26,321 bases of DNA from a virus. Lineage: Duplodnaviria > Caudoviricetes. Where the stretch lies: IMG/VR virus record IMGVR_UViG_3300030372_001200, positions 1 through 26,321 of that record; one strand, written 5' to 3'. This document shows positions 1 through 9,462 of the stretch, one piece after another. The notes below the pieces were generated by a model, which did no database searches, was not told where the DNA came from, and saw only the letters and a program-made list of their open reading frames with translations. The position numbers were made by a program, and so were the translations under genes. Each line of letters begins with the position of its first letter. Position 1 is the first letter of the stretch.

Positions 1-99
1 ACTCCACACCTGCAGTCTCATAACTTTTAGGAGTATTCTGCTGCTTTAAATAGATAGCAGATAATTTAGAGCTATAACCTTTATTTTTAGTTTGCTTTT
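1..99. repeat. Direct terminal repeat, copy 1 (assembly overlap of a circular or circularly permuted genome)
   Basis: Bases 1-99 are identical to 26223-26321, and the portal frame continues across the join. Confidence 0.95.
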
Positions 100-109
100 T
101 TTTAGCCAT
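1..109 (-). CDS. 5' end of the portal gene, wrapping across the circular junction
   Basis: ATG at 109-107 gives MAKKKQTKNKGYSSKLSAIYLKQQNTPKSYETAG-VEW..., in frame with ORF 24409..26229 across the junction. The full protein is 640 aa. Confidence 0.9.
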   Translation of the reverse strand, partial: MAKKKQTKNKGYSSKLSAIYLKQQNTPKSYETAGVE

Positions 110-120
110 TTTTTAATATT

Positions 121-852
121 TTAATAAGAGCCATATAATCCGAAAATATTCTTAATTTGTAAATCATTTAAAGCTACATTATAGTAAGCCATATCTCTTA
201 TATAGCCATCTAGCTCTGAAACTCCTCCTCCATTCCAGCCTCCTACATGGTCTAACTCTATAGTATCACTATCAGTACCAGTGTCCCATTGCTCATTAAC
301 TATACCTACTCCATTTACCATTACATCTACAGTACCAGAGTTTCTCCTTAAAGCGACTTCATACCATCTATTAATAACTATTTCACTAGTGCTAACTAGC
401 TCTAGCTGAGCAGTACCTCCAGCTCTAAATTGAAAAGTATGCTCATCCTCTAACTCAAACATATTATGAGAAGTACCTCCTAAAATACCATTAGCTACAG
501 AGACACTATCAAACCTTATAGAAAAGGTAAAAGTAAAATCTCCAGAGTTAGATATTTGATTAGTAAAATCAAAATGCTTAGAGCCTTTAAAATCACATGC
601 CATTTTACTCTCACTCCATTGAGGTCTATTGTAGTTTTGGTCATTATGCAAAAGATTAGAGCCTACCTGACTTTGCCACTGCATAACATCTCCAGTTACA
701 AAATTATTATAATCAGTTTCTCCTGCTACAGTAGATAAGCCATTTAAATTCTTATACCATAACTGTAGTCCAGCTATATCATTTAAGTCAGTTAGAGGCT
801 CTGATTTAGCTCCACTTACAGAATTTACAGAAAGCGATAACCCTAATTTCAT
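121..852 (-). CDS. Virion protein with a LamG/concanavalin-A-like lectin domain (fibre, receptor-binding or decoration candidate)
   Basis: LQLWY, DFTFTFSI, WYEVALRR..VDVMVNG and LDGYIRDMAYYNVAL motifs typical of LamG folds; MKLGLSL N-terminus. Confidence 0.7.
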   Translation of the reverse strand: MKLGLSLSVNSVSGAKSEPLTDLNDIAGLQLWYKNLNGLSTVAGETDYNNFVTGDVMQWQSQVGSNLLHNDQNYNRPQWSESKMACDFKGSKHFDFTNQISNSGDFTFTFSIRFDSVSVANGILGGTSHNMFELEDEHTFQFRAGGTAQLELVSTSEIVINRWYEVALRRNSGTVDVMVNGVGIVNEQWDTGTDSDTIELDHVGGWNGGGVSELDGYIRDMAYYNVALNDLQIKNIFGLYGSY

Positions 853-1139
853 TACTTTGTATTATCATTATCATGCTCAGTATATCCTACTCCTACTCCT
901 CCAGAAATAGATACTGAAGTAATTCTCATAAAAAGAGTAGTACCTGCTGGCATGGTAGTCTGTAAAAATCCCTCATCAGTAGCATTAGCTACAGTCATAG
1001 AGGATATAGTACTCTCTATAGGAAAGTACACACAGTAAAAATCTGTAGTGCCTAAAGAAGAGCTAGAGTTAAATACAGTTATATCTCCTTTACCTAACTG
1101 CTCTCTTAATAGTGTATTATTATCATCTACTATACTCAT
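852..1139 (-). CDS. Small putative structural protein (95 aa)
   Basis: Beta-rich, Ser/Thr-rich ORF in the structural cluster, translationally coupled to the downstream gene. Confidence 0.55.
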   Translation of the reverse strand: MSIVDDNNTLLREQLGKGDITVFNSSSSLGTTDFYCVYFPIESTISSMTVANATDEGFLQTTMPAGTTLFMRITSVSISGGVGVGYTEHDNDNTK

Positions 1140-1174
1140 ATTTTTTTATTTTTTAATTTTTATTTTTTATTTTT

Positions 1175-1585
1175 TTAATCTTTGACATATAAATAATTAG
1201 TAGTAGTATTTACATGCTCTTTATAGCTTACCTCCTCATCTGCTCCTTTGACATAAGCTTTACCCTTTTCTAATATATTAGGAGGAGTACCTATAGCTAG
1301 AGCTACATTACTTTTAATTATTTCATAAGTATAAAATCCTACATTAGGAAACTTAATCTCTCCAGTAATTTCAGAAAGTACTCCAGTCTGCTTATCCTCT
1401 ATACAATATCTATACATAGGATTACTATTTTCAACCTTTAAAGCAGAGTTATTAACCCATGTAGTGCAGGTAACTCCAGTCATATCATTAGTAAACCTAA
1501 ATACAGTATAGTTACCATCATCAGAGCTATACTCAGGAGTAGAAACATATATTATATTTTTTGTATTCTGAGTAAATAATAGCAC
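1175..1585 (-). CDS. Putative structural protein (possible head-tail connector/stopper)
   Basis: 136-aa ORF between the major tail and portal genes; GTG start overlaps the upstream TAG; function inferred from position only. Confidence 0.5.
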   Translation of the reverse strand: MLLFTQNTKNIIYVSTPEYSSDDGNYTVFRFTNDMTGVTCTTWVNNSALKVENSNPMYRYCIEDKQTGVLSEITGEIKFPNVGFYTYEIIKSNVALAIGTPPNILEKGKAYVKGADEEVSYKEHVNTTTNYLYVKD

Positions 1586-1749
1586 TAATTATCCTTTTTA
1601 GAATTTGCTTTAACTTCAGTAAAATACTCAGTATGTCCATTTTTAATTAGTATAGCTATCTCCTGCTGAGTTACCTCACTTAATTTAAGTACTCTAACTC
1701 CAGGTCTTATAGATATATCTTTATATTTATCCTTAACTTTATATTTCAT
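1585..1749 (-). CDS. Small hypothetical protein (54 aa), not in the ORF track
   Basis: Hand translation MKYKVKDKYKDISIRPGVRVLKLSEVTQQEIAILIKNGHTEYFTEVKANSKKDN*; preceded by the late-promoter motif; stop overlaps the next start. Confidence 0.75.
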   Translation of the reverse strand: MKYKVKDKYKDISIRPGVRVLKLSEVTQQEIAILIKNGHTEYFTEVKANSKKDN

Positions 1750-1757
1750 TTTTAGTC

Positions 1758-1773
1758 CTTTATTATAAGTATA
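1758..1773 (-). promoter_or_regulatory. Putative late promoter motif (TATACTTATAATAAAG)
   Basis: One mismatch to the 16-mer at 4062-4077 and 4691-4706; directly downstream of a terminator. Confidence 0.6.
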
Positions 1774-1790
1774 AAATAAAAGAAAATAGT

Positions 1791-1825
1791 AAAAAAAAAG
1801 AGGCTAATACTAAGTAAAAGCCTCT
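1791..1825 (-). terminator. Intrinsic terminator after the major tail gene
   Basis: AGAGGCT...AGCCTCT stem followed by T8 on the minus strand. Confidence 0.85.
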
Positions 1826-1851
1826 AAAAGATTTAAAATATCTTTAATCTA

Positions 1852-2382
1852 CTAACTTCCTGGAGTTAAAGTAAGTCCAGTTATGTTACTACCTATAGTA
1901 TCAGTAGGAGTACCAGCACTTCTCATAGGTACTTTCTCCTGAGCTACTAGTGTTAAGTCATATCCATAAAAGTCTCCAAGCCCCTGACCGACCATAGAGC
2001 CTCCAGATACTACCTCAGCACCATTAATTTCTCCTATAACCCATTGGTTATCATTATTATCTAAAACTATACAAACTAGTCTGTTTTGTAATAGTAAATG
2101 TATCTCAGCTCTATCAGTAGCAGATAACTGAGATAGCTTTAAAGTTAAAGTCTGCTCATAAAATACACTACCATTCTCAACAGATACTTGATAAGCCTCA
2201 TTTAAAGAAGAGCTACCTCTAGCTAAATCATAAGCATAACCAGTTACAGTACTAACAGAACTTAGCACCTCACTAGAGTAAGTAGGTACATACTCAGCTA
2301 ACTGTATAAAGCCTACTGCCCTTATACCTCCTACACTATCTTTACATTTTAGTAGCCTACCTGCAGTTAAATCACATGCCAT
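1852..2382 (-). CDS. Major tail (tube) protein, putative
   Basis: 176 aa with MAC.LT.GR...CKDSVGGI, ENGSVFYEQTL and GDFYGYDLTL motifs; follows the capsid gene; beta-rich. Confidence 0.65.
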   Translation of the reverse strand: MACDLTAGRLLKCKDSVGGIRAVGFIQLAEYVPTYSSEVLSSVSTVTGYAYDLARGSSSLNEAYQVSVENGSVFYEQTLTLKLSQLSATDRAEIHLLLQNRLVCIVLDNNDNQWVIGEINGAEVVSGGSMVGQGLGDFYGYDLTLVAQEKVPMRSAGTPTDTIGSNITGLTLTPGS

Positions 2383-2400
2383 ATTATTTATTTTTTTAGT

Positions 2401-2435
2401 AGTATTAGGAGGCTAATAAATAGCCTCCTATTACT
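2401..2435 (-). terminator. Stem-loop between capsid and tail genes (attenuator or mRNA stabiliser)
   Basis: Perfect 10-bp stem TAGGAGGCTA/TAGCCTCCTA (2406-2430), extendable; no U-tract on the minus strand. Confidence 0.65.
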
Positions 2436-2452
2436 TAGTTATTACTTAATTT

Positions 2453-3319
2453 TTATGATGAGTATAAAACTACATCTCCACCCACTGCATGGTTAGCACC
2501 GAAAGCAAAGTTAGCAGCAATTCTAATAGAATTAGCTCCAGTAGTTTCTCTCATGTCAATTACTTTGAAATTTACTGCATCTGAAAGTAAATCTGTACCT
2601 ACAAAAAGATTAGATACTCTAGAGGCTATGATAGTATCTGCTGCCATTCCTGGAGCATGTACTAACTCTACACCTTCATACATTAAAGGAATATCTGCAG
2701 CTTGATAAGCATTTAAATACCCCTGAGTAGCCATCTTAGTCATATAAAATCTGATAGCATTAGTACCACAGTAGTACTTTAAATCATCTTTACCCCACAC
2801 TGTAGCAGATACTGCATCTCTTACTTTACCTATCTCAGTAAGAATATTACTAGCGTCTAAAGTAGTACCAGTTACATCAGTTACATCACTATCTGCAGTA
2901 GCAGCAGTCTTTAAGTCTGACCAGATTTGGCTTTCAATATTTGAGCCTATTGCCTCTCCTAAATACCCCATTAAAAAAGCATTAAAGTCAGAGCTCATAG
3001 CAGAGTTATTACTACCTGCTTTCATTTGAGCAGCCTGCCAGTCTTTCTCTAAATCAGTTGCACATAATTCTAAATTTAATTTTTTATCTGTAGGAGTTAA
3101 CATTCTATCAGTGAACGTCATAGTATTAGCATCAAAAGCACAGTCATTAGCCTCTATTAAACCTCCATCAGAAACTACTGTCAAAGCTATAGCCTTTTTT
3201 ACTCCTTCTTTTATTGTTACATTTCCTTCTGATAAAGTTTTACCAGAAAGCACTGCAGCTCCAATATAAGCTCCAGCTTCACCAGCATATAAACTAGCAC
3301 TAGTTACGGGATTTGCCAT
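2453..3319 (-). CDS. Major capsid protein
   Basis: 288 aa, downstream of protease and scaffold genes, followed by a stem-loop; YAGE, LNLELC and SNLFVGTDLLSD motifs recalled from Bacteroidota phage capsids. Confidence 0.8.
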   Translation of the reverse strand: MANPVTSASLYAGEAGAYIGAAVLSGKTLSEGNVTIKEGVKKAIALTVVSDGGLIEANDCAFDANTMTFTDRMLTPTDKKLNLELCATDLEKDWQAAQMKAGSNNSAMSSDFNAFLMGYLGEAIGSNIESQIWSDLKTAATADSDVTDVTGTTLDASNILTEIGKVRDAVSATVWGKDDLKYYCGTNAIRFYMTKMATQGYLNAYQAADIPLMYEGVELVHAPGMAADTIIASRVSNLFVGTDLLSDAVNFKVIDMRETTGANSIRIAANFAFGANHAVGGDVVLYSS

Positions 3320-3332
3320 AATTTTTTATTTT

Positions 3333-4052
3333 TTATTTGTTATTGTTAATTTTTTCTAAGTTATATAAGAGCCTCTCTTTTGTAGTCATCTTACCTAACT
3401 CTCGTTTAGTTAATTCTTTTACATTATTATTAGTAAACTTACTTGTATTTATATCTTCAGCAGCAGGCTCTTTACTTAATTTAGTTAAATCCTCATTTAG
3501 TGCCTCATTTTGCTGCTCTAAAGTTTCTGTATATCCTCTCATTTCTGAAAGCTCAGCTCTAATACTTTCTATATCCTTTTGAGCCTCAGATAATAACTCA
3601 GAAACTACTACAGTAATTTCAGATATTACATCTTCTTTAGAAAATTCATACTCTTTAGTCTCTTTTATTTTCTTAGGAGCTGGATTATCTATAGCCTCTT
3701 CCTCAGCTACTTTCTCATCATCTTCCTGAGTTTCCTCCTCTTCTAAAGATAATTCCTCCTCCATATATTCCTCATCCTCTTCCTCTTTTGCCTCTTCTTT
3801 TTCTGGAGCAGTTATCTCAGCTATTACACCCTCTTCAGCTACAGAGAAAGTAGTACCATTTTCTAGCTCATAATCTCCAGGAGCTAATTTAATAGTAGTA
3901 CCATCCTCAGCTAATACAGAAACATCTGAGCCAACATCTAAAGCATCTGCAGTAGATACTATTATAGTACCATCTACTAGCTTTTCTTGTACTTCTAGCT
4001 TTACTTCAGCATCTAGTCCTAAAGCTACTCTAATTTTATTTTTTAAATCCAT
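3333..4052 (-). CDS. Capsid scaffolding protein, putative
   Basis: Highly acidic with a C-terminal coiled coil; LAPGDYELENG motif; between protease and capsid genes. Confidence 0.7.
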   Translation of the reverse strand: MDLKNKIRVALGLDAEVKLEVQEKLVDGTIIVSTADALDVGSDVSVLAEDGTTIKLAPGDYELENGTTFSVAEEGVIAEITAPEKEEAKEEEDEEYMEEELSLEEEETQEDDEKVAEEEAIDNPAPKKIKETKEYEFSKEDVISEITVVVSELLSEAQKDIESIRAELSEMRGYTETLEQQNEALNEDLTKLSKEPAAEDINTSKFTNNNVKELTKRELGKMTTKERLLYNLEKINNNK

Positions 4053-4061
4053 TTTTTTAAT

Positions 4062-4077
4062 CTTTATTATAAATATA
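4062..4077 (-). promoter_or_regulatory. Putative late promoter motif TATATTTATAATAAAG
   Basis: Identical 16-mer at 4691-4706; 9 nt upstream of the scaffold ATG. Confidence 0.7.
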
Positions 4078-4089
4078 TTATTTTTTAGC

Positions 4090-4686
4090 TTATTGTATTT
4101 TTAATATTTCTGCTAAAGCAGTTAATATCTCACTATCTTCATTTACTGGCTTGCTTAGGTTAGCCATTTTATCTAAGAAAAATCCTTCTATACTATATCC
4201 AGTTACTTTTTTATCTAAAATAGCCTGCCATACATCATCATTTTCTACTTTCATAGATAAAACCCATGAGCCTTTAGGTAAATCTAGATTATATATATTA
4301 CTTTTATCATTTTTAGTATCAGATACTATCCAGCTTTCTACTGCAGTAACTCCTGATATTTTTCTATCATGCTCATAAGTAGCATTACTCTGATTATTAC
4401 TAATTAAATAAAGCTCACTAGCTCTCTTTACAGTGCTTTCAGAAAAATAGACCTGGTACTCTCTACCATCCTCATCCTTTCTATATATCATTTTATTAGG
4501 TATAAGAGCAGCTCCTATTAATAGTCTTTTATGCTCATCTACTTTAGCTAAAGAAAGTTTATTAGTCTTATTTTCTTTACTCATAAATATCCATGAGCTT
4601 TCTATAGCAGGAAACTCTACTAAAGATACTGCATCTATAGCTAGCTCTTTATTTTTCTCATCTATTATTAATTCTACTATATCCAT
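4090..4686 (-). CDS. XkdF-like putative prohead serine protease
   Basis: AVSLVEFPAIE, RLLIGAALIPNKMIYR, EH, VESWIV, GSWVLSMKV and TGYSIEG motifs of the XkdF-like family. Confidence 0.8.
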   Translation of the reverse strand: MDIVELIIDEKNKELAIDAVSLVEFPAIESSWIFMSKENKTNKLSLAKVDEHKRLLIGAALIPNKMIYRKDEDGREYQVYFSESTVKRASELYLISNNQSNATYEHDRKISGVTAVESWIVSDTKNDKSNIYNLDLPKGSWVLSMKVENDDVWQAILDKKVTGYSIEGFFLDKMANLSKPVNEDSEILTALAEILKIQ

Positions 4687-4690
4687 AGGT

Positions 4691-4706
4691 CTTTATTATA
4701 AATATA
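4691..4706 (-). promoter_or_regulatory. Putative late promoter motif TATATTTATAATAAAG
   Basis: Identical to 4062-4077; 4 nt upstream of the ATG. Confidence 0.7.
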
Positions 4707-4723
4707 AAATATCTAATTATATA

Positions 4724-6454
4724 TTAAATACTACTCCTCCTTCTTATTTGACTTAATCTATCCTGGCTTTTAGTAAGCTCATCAGTAACTACATAAGCTT
4801 TTAGAGGCTCGTTACTTAATCCAGGTAGTCCAGATAGCTCTTCTGCAGAAGTAGCTCCTCCAGAGGCAAAAGAAACACCCCCTCCAGCAACATTCATTCT
4901 AGATAAAGCTCCTCTAAACATTCTAGCACTCCTAGCATTAATAACTACCTCTCCTTTAGATAGTCTAGCATTTACACTATCAGAAGTACCTGAGCCATAT
5001 CCTCCTACTACTCCTCCTCTATTTAATTTAGTTTCTGGTATTTCTGTAGCTTTAATCTCATTTATTTGAGTTTGTCCCTGCCTAATAGCTAGACCTGCAG
5101 CTATAAGACCTAAAGCCTGACCTACTACTGGTATAGCAGACATAGAAGAAAAGGCAGCCTGAGCAGCTACAAAACTATTAATCCTAGTCTCTGCTATTTT
5201 AAGATTTTTCCATTTTTTAGTCCCTTCAGTTTCTAAGTCTGCAAAGCCTCCTAATAAACTAGCAGCAGCAGCAGCATCTCCTATACCTAGCTTTCTCTCT
5301 GCCTCAGAAGTAGCTGCATCTTGATTTTGTATCTGGATGTTATATTTTTTATTTATCTCAGCTTTTAACTTTTCTGAATTTTCCATATTTGCTACACTTG
5401 CTAGCTCTTTCTCTCTCTGTATATTTAAAGCTGCTATAGCTCTTTTTTTATCATCTTGTATAGCTAGTAAGGTATTTTCCTGCTGAAGAGCTAGTAGCTT
5501 ATTAGCACTATCTAACTCCCTTTTATCCTGTTTTATCTGGTCATCTGCTTTCTTTTTATCTGCTTTAGCCTTAGCATCATCTATTACCTTCTGAGCTGCC
5601 TTAGTATTAGCAGCATCCTCTCTTACTAAAGCCTGCTCCTCTGACTTCATTCTCTTTCTCTCAGAAAAATTAGCCTTTTGTATTCTAAATACTTCTGCCT
5701 CTAAATTTGCCTCAGCATCTAAATTTTCCTGAGTACTCTTACTGAAAGAATTTTCTACCTGCTGAAACCTTAATTTTTCTTCTGCTACATGTAAGTCTTT
5801 AGCTAACTGCTCATCTGCTAACTGATTAGCCTGCCTCATAAATTCTAGCCTCTCTTTAGCAGTAAACTCCTCTATATCTCTAGCTTTTAATCTAAGTTTC
5901 ATTATTTCAGCTTCAGTCTTTGCCTTATCTACATTAGCCTCTCTCTCAAATTTTTGAAGAGCTAGCCTATCCTTTTCTAACTGGTTAGCATCCTTCATTT
6001 CTTTCCTAGTTTGCTCTCCAAAGTTTTTTACTTGACTAGTAGCCTCTTTTATTCCTTCTTTAAACTCATCAAAATTACCAGACATTAAGTTATAGACTGC
6101 TTTACCTAAATTAGAAAATATATCTGTAATATTACCTACTACTACTCCTACCTGAGACATTATCTGCTTTAGCTTACTAGCACCCTCCTCACTATCTTTA
6201 AAATATTGTACTAAAGAGCCTACTAGTATTATAAAAGCTCCTAGACCAGTAGAGATTAATCCAGCTTTAATACTACCAAACATAACTTTACTAACTTGAC
6301 CTACTTTTACCATAGCAGCTTTAACCTTATCAAAAGCTAAACCTAGTAAAGTAGTCTCTTTTTTAGCTCCTTTAGTATCTTCTGTTACTTTATTTATATC
6401 TTTACTAGCAGCAGCACTATCTGCTATAATCTTTAGTATAACCTGCTCAACCAT
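4724..6454 (-). CDS. Tail tape measure protein
   Basis: Ala/Lys/Glu-rich helical protein with a hydrophobic STGLGAFIILVGSLV segment and a C-terminal GG.V.G.GSGTSDSV.ARLS.GE.VINA motif. Confidence 0.85.
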   Translation of the reverse strand: MVEQVILKIIADSAAASKDINKVTEDTKGAKKETTLLGLAFDKVKAAMVKVGQVSKVMFGSIKAGLISTGLGAFIILVGSLVQYFKDSEEGASKLKQIMSQVGVVVGNITDIFSNLGKAVYNLMSGNFDEFKEGIKEATSQVKNFGEQTRKEMKDANQLEKDRLALQKFEREANVDKAKTEAEIMKLRLKARDIEEFTAKERLEFMRQANQLADEQLAKDLHVAEEKLRFQQVENSFSKSTQENLDAEANLEAEVFRIQKANFSERKRMKSEEQALVREDAANTKAAQKVIDDAKAKADKKKADDQIKQDKRELDSANKLLALQQENTLLAIQDDKKRAIAALNIQREKELASVANMENSEKLKAEINKKYNIQIQNQDAATSEAERKLGIGDAAAAASLLGGFADLETEGTKKWKNLKIAETRINSFVAAQAAFSSMSAIPVVGQALGLIAAGLAIRQGQTQINEIKATEIPETKLNRGGVVGGYGSGTSDSVNARLSKGEVVINARSARMFRGALSRMNVAGGGVSFASGGATSAEELSGLPGLSNEPLKAYVVTDELTKSQDRLSQIRRRSSI

Positions 6455-6585
6455 GTCTTTTTACTTTTTAATTTATTACTATTTAATCTTTTATCTTCTA
6501 TAGCCTCTAAGCTCTTTAATACCTGCCTCATATAACTTAGATTTATAATTATATCCTCTTTTATTTTTTTTAAATTTTCTATCAT
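6433..6585 (-). CDS. Small hypothetical protein (50 aa), not in the ORF track
   Basis: Hand translation MIENLKKIKEDIIINLSYMRQVLKSLEAIEDKRLNSNKLKSKKTWLSRLY*; ATGA overlap with the upstream stop; fills the gap. Confidence 0.65.
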   Translation of the reverse strand: MIENLKKIKEDIIINLSYMRQVLKSLEAIEDKRLNSNKLKSKKTWLSRLY

Positions 6586-7379
6586 GGAGTTAAACTTACA
6601 TTAGTTAATATTTGAGTTAGTCTAGCAGTTATGCTCCATTCTATAGTCATATCTGCAGCTCCTTTTACTTTTATATATAAATTATCATCTATAACTGCAG
6701 CAGTAGGCTGCCAGCCAGTAACAGTACCAGAGCTTTTTATAGCATCTCTTTCTCTAGATATACTTAAAGTATCATCCTGATTAATTATTACTCCTCTTTC
6801 AACCCAGCTAGCATAATCTCCTACACCTCCAGAGCCAGAAGAGCCTCCTACTCTTAAAGCTAATACATCACAGTGAAAATATATCGCACTATTTCTCATT
6901 ACTGGATAATATTTATTAGTAGTATTATTTATATAAGCACCTTTATTAGTACCTACTGTAGTTTGCCTACCAAACATAACTACAGTACTTTGTCTTTGAC
7001 CAGGAAGGTCTCCAGTAGCATTACCTCCTAATACTATAGTATTTTTAATAGTAGCTAGAGCTCCACTACCAGCTATTATAGAGTTAGTTACATTACCTGA
7101 GAGGTTATTATAACTACCTACTATTAAGCTATGACTGGATGCAGGAGATATATTACTCTTAACTGCTGCCTCTATAATATTATTAGGCTGCACAAATTCT
7201 AGACTATCTTTATCTTTTATCCAGCATTTACTATCATAGTATATAAATCCATAGCTCTCACACTCCTCCTGAGTTACTGTAGTCTCTGTAAGAGTACCAG
7301 TTACATACTTTTCGAAAGTTACTTCTCCAAAATCATTTATTTTTTTAGGCTTTTTATCTGCTCCTACATTAAACTGCAT
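6582..7379 (-). CDS. Tail tip/fibre protein, putative
   Basis: Gly/Ser/Asn-rich short repeats (SLIVGSYN, SIIAGSGA) suggest a beta-helix or fibre; in the tail cluster. Confidence 0.55.
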   Translation of the reverse strand: MQFNVGADKKPKKINDFGEVTFEKYVTGTLTETTVTQEECESYGFIYYDSKCWIKDKDSLEFVQPNNIIEAAVKSNISPASSHSLIVGSYNNLSGNVTNSIIAGSGALATIKNTIVLGGNATGDLPGQRQSTVVMFGRQTTVGTNKGAYINNTTNKYYPVMRNSAIYFHCDVLALRVGGSSGSGGVGDYASWVERGVIINQDDTLSISRERDAIKSSGTVTGWQPTAAVIDDNLYIKVKGAADMTIEWSITARLTQILTNVSLTP

Positions 7380-7380
7380 A

Positions 7381-9459
7381 TTATAAATCTTTTATAGTTA
7401 TTAATTCTAATAAGCTTAACTGATTAGCTCTATAATCTATCTGCTTTATTCTATAATTTTTGTTTTTTATTCTTATAACATCATTAAATTTAAAGTTAGA
7501 TACATCATTTTCACTTAAAAAAGCTTTTACTTTTACTATTCTAGTATTTTTATCATATAACTCACTAAGATACTGAGACCAGTAAGTATTATATAAAGTA
7601 TTTAATACTTTTCCTATAGCACTAGTATAGCTTAATATACCGAAATCAGTAGATAAACTAGCTGAAGTAGTTGGCACTTCATTAGTAGGAGAAAATAATA
7701 GATAAGAGCTATCAGAATAATTATATCCATCTATTATACCTCCAGGTAAAGTCCTAGTACCTATATCATAAAATATCCTGAATACATTTTCCCAGTCCTC
7801 AGCATACTCCTTATCTATAATCATAGGACATATTAGCTCTCCTCCCTGAAATCTAGTAATATATGTAGAGGCAAACATTTTTACCTCCATCTTGCCTATA
7901 CTATTGTCAAATATTTCTATATCATTATCTCTTAGGTAATTATACTTCCAGCTATTAGGCTTACCATGATTAGCAGTTATCCAGTCATTCTCATCCTCTG
8001 CTAGACTAAAATTAGTTTTTCTATCTAAGCCAGATATAATACTGAATTTCATTTCTCTTACATCTATTTTATTAGTCCAGTCTAAAGTATCTCCAGCATC
8101 TACCCAGTCTTTATAAGGCTCTATAAGTAATTTATTAGGATTATTCTCATCAGGCATCACTATCCAGTTAAACATATCAGAAAGGCTTTTAAAAAATTCC
8201 CACTGGTTAGTATCTCCTTTATATCCTACTAAAGCATCATTTATAAATGTATTATCCTCTTTTACTGAGTACTCTACAAAGCTAGTACTCTTTATATCTA
8301 CATTACCACTATTAGCCCTGACCTCTACAGTTACCTCATCATTAGCAGACAAATGATATTCAGCTACAAAAGTATTGACATCAATATTATACCCTGACTG
8401 TACTGAAAAATTACCGAAAAAATAATGATAAACCCCATTTATACTTAATATTATAGTTAACGTATCAGTAGTAGCAGCGCACGTACCTATATCTAGATAT
8501 AATCTAACTGTCATCTGAGTACCAGTACTAGTAAACTCATCATCAGTTACATCATAATAGTTAGCACCTATTAAATAAGAGCCAAAGAATGTATTATTCT
8601 CTATAGTATTAAAATCTAATTTAGTAAAAGTACCAGTACCATAAGTTACATCTGCAGTATTACTTACTCTAAATTGCCCTGAAGTACCAGGAGCACTAGT
8701 ATTACCTCTATGAAAATCTGTATATAATTTATTAAAAGCAGCACTATCTATAAAAGCAGAGCTATAAGTATATCCAGCATCATTTAATATATTTTGCAGT
8801 ATATACTTTATATTTAAAAAAGGTTTAAAGACATTCTGAGCATCTATTACCTGATAGTCAGTACCATCATACTGGCTCTCTGTATTCCATCTTACAAAAG
8901 GATATTTAACTACAGAAGTAGTAGTACCAGTACCAGCAAAGCTACCAGATGGTAAGGAGCTAGATACTTGCAAAGTACCAGTAAAACTAGCCTTAATATT
9001 AGTCTCATTATAAGCATGATTAAGCTCACTAAAATCTAAATCTCTAAAAGACTTAACACTTAAAGTATCTTTTAGATTTATTACCTCTGAAAATAAGGTA
9101 ATTTCATAACTGGTATTATCTTCTTTTCTTATTATATCATTTAATTGTAAATATCCAGAAAAGACATCTACTCTATTTACTTTTACTAAGCATTTAGTCT
9201 TTAAATGAGGATTAAAAGAAGTATCAGAAGTTAAATCGTATATATGATTAAAAAATAAGTTATTATTTTTAGTACCTGGTATCTGAAAAGACTTACTATA
9301 ACTGCTAGCTCTTTCTACTATATTTGTAAAATCATCTGCATTTAATACTAGAGGTATCTCCTCATCTGCATATAAATCTAATATAACCTCATCCTCAAAT
9401 ATTTCAGATGAAGATATATTCTTAGTGCTTTGTGTATATACTATTAATTGAGTTTTCAT
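7381..9459 (-). CDS. Minor tail protein (baseplate hub/Tal-like), putative
   Basis: 692 aa; N-terminal LDL...YSKSFQIPGT.NNNLFF and C-terminal FND.I.I....Y.I..I.Y...ELI motifs typical of tail hub proteins. Confidence 0.7.
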   Translation of the reverse strand: MKTQLIVYTQSTKNISSSEIFEDEVILDLYADEEIPLVLNADDFTNIVERASSYSKSFQIPGTKNNNLFFNHIYDLTSDTSFNPHLKTKCLVKVNRVDVFSGYLQLNDIIRKEDNTSYEITLFSEVINLKDTLSVKSFRDLDFSELNHAYNETNIKASFTGTLQVSSSLPSGSFAGTGTTTSVVKYPFVRWNTESQYDGTDYQVIDAQNVFKPFLNIKYILQNILNDAGYTYSSAFIDSAAFNKLYTDFHRGNTSAPGTSGQFRVSNTADVTYGTGTFTKLDFNTIENNTFFGSYLIGANYYDVTDDEFTSTGTQMTVRLYLDIGTCAATTDTLTIILSINGVYHYFFGNFSVQSGYNIDVNTFVAEYHLSANDEVTVEVRANSGNVDIKSTSFVEYSVKEDNTFINDALVGYKGDTNQWEFFKSLSDMFNWIVMPDENNPNKLLIEPYKDWVDAGDTLDWTNKIDVREMKFSIISGLDRKTNFSLAEDENDWITANHGKPNSWKYNYLRDNDIEIFDNSIGKMEVKMFASTYITRFQGGELICPMIIDKEYAEDWENVFRIFYDIGTRTLPGGIIDGYNYSDSSYLLFSPTNEVPTTSASLSTDFGILSYTSAIGKVLNTLYNTYWSQYLSELYDKNTRIVKVKAFLSENDVSNFKFNDVIRIKNKNYRIKQIDYRANQLSLLELITIKDL

Positions 9460-9462
9460 TAA

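Noticed and set aside
1-99. 99-bp terminal repeat as a biological virion terminal repeat
   Set aside because: It falls mid-gene in the portal and its length matches a common assembler k-mer, so it is best read as circular overlap.
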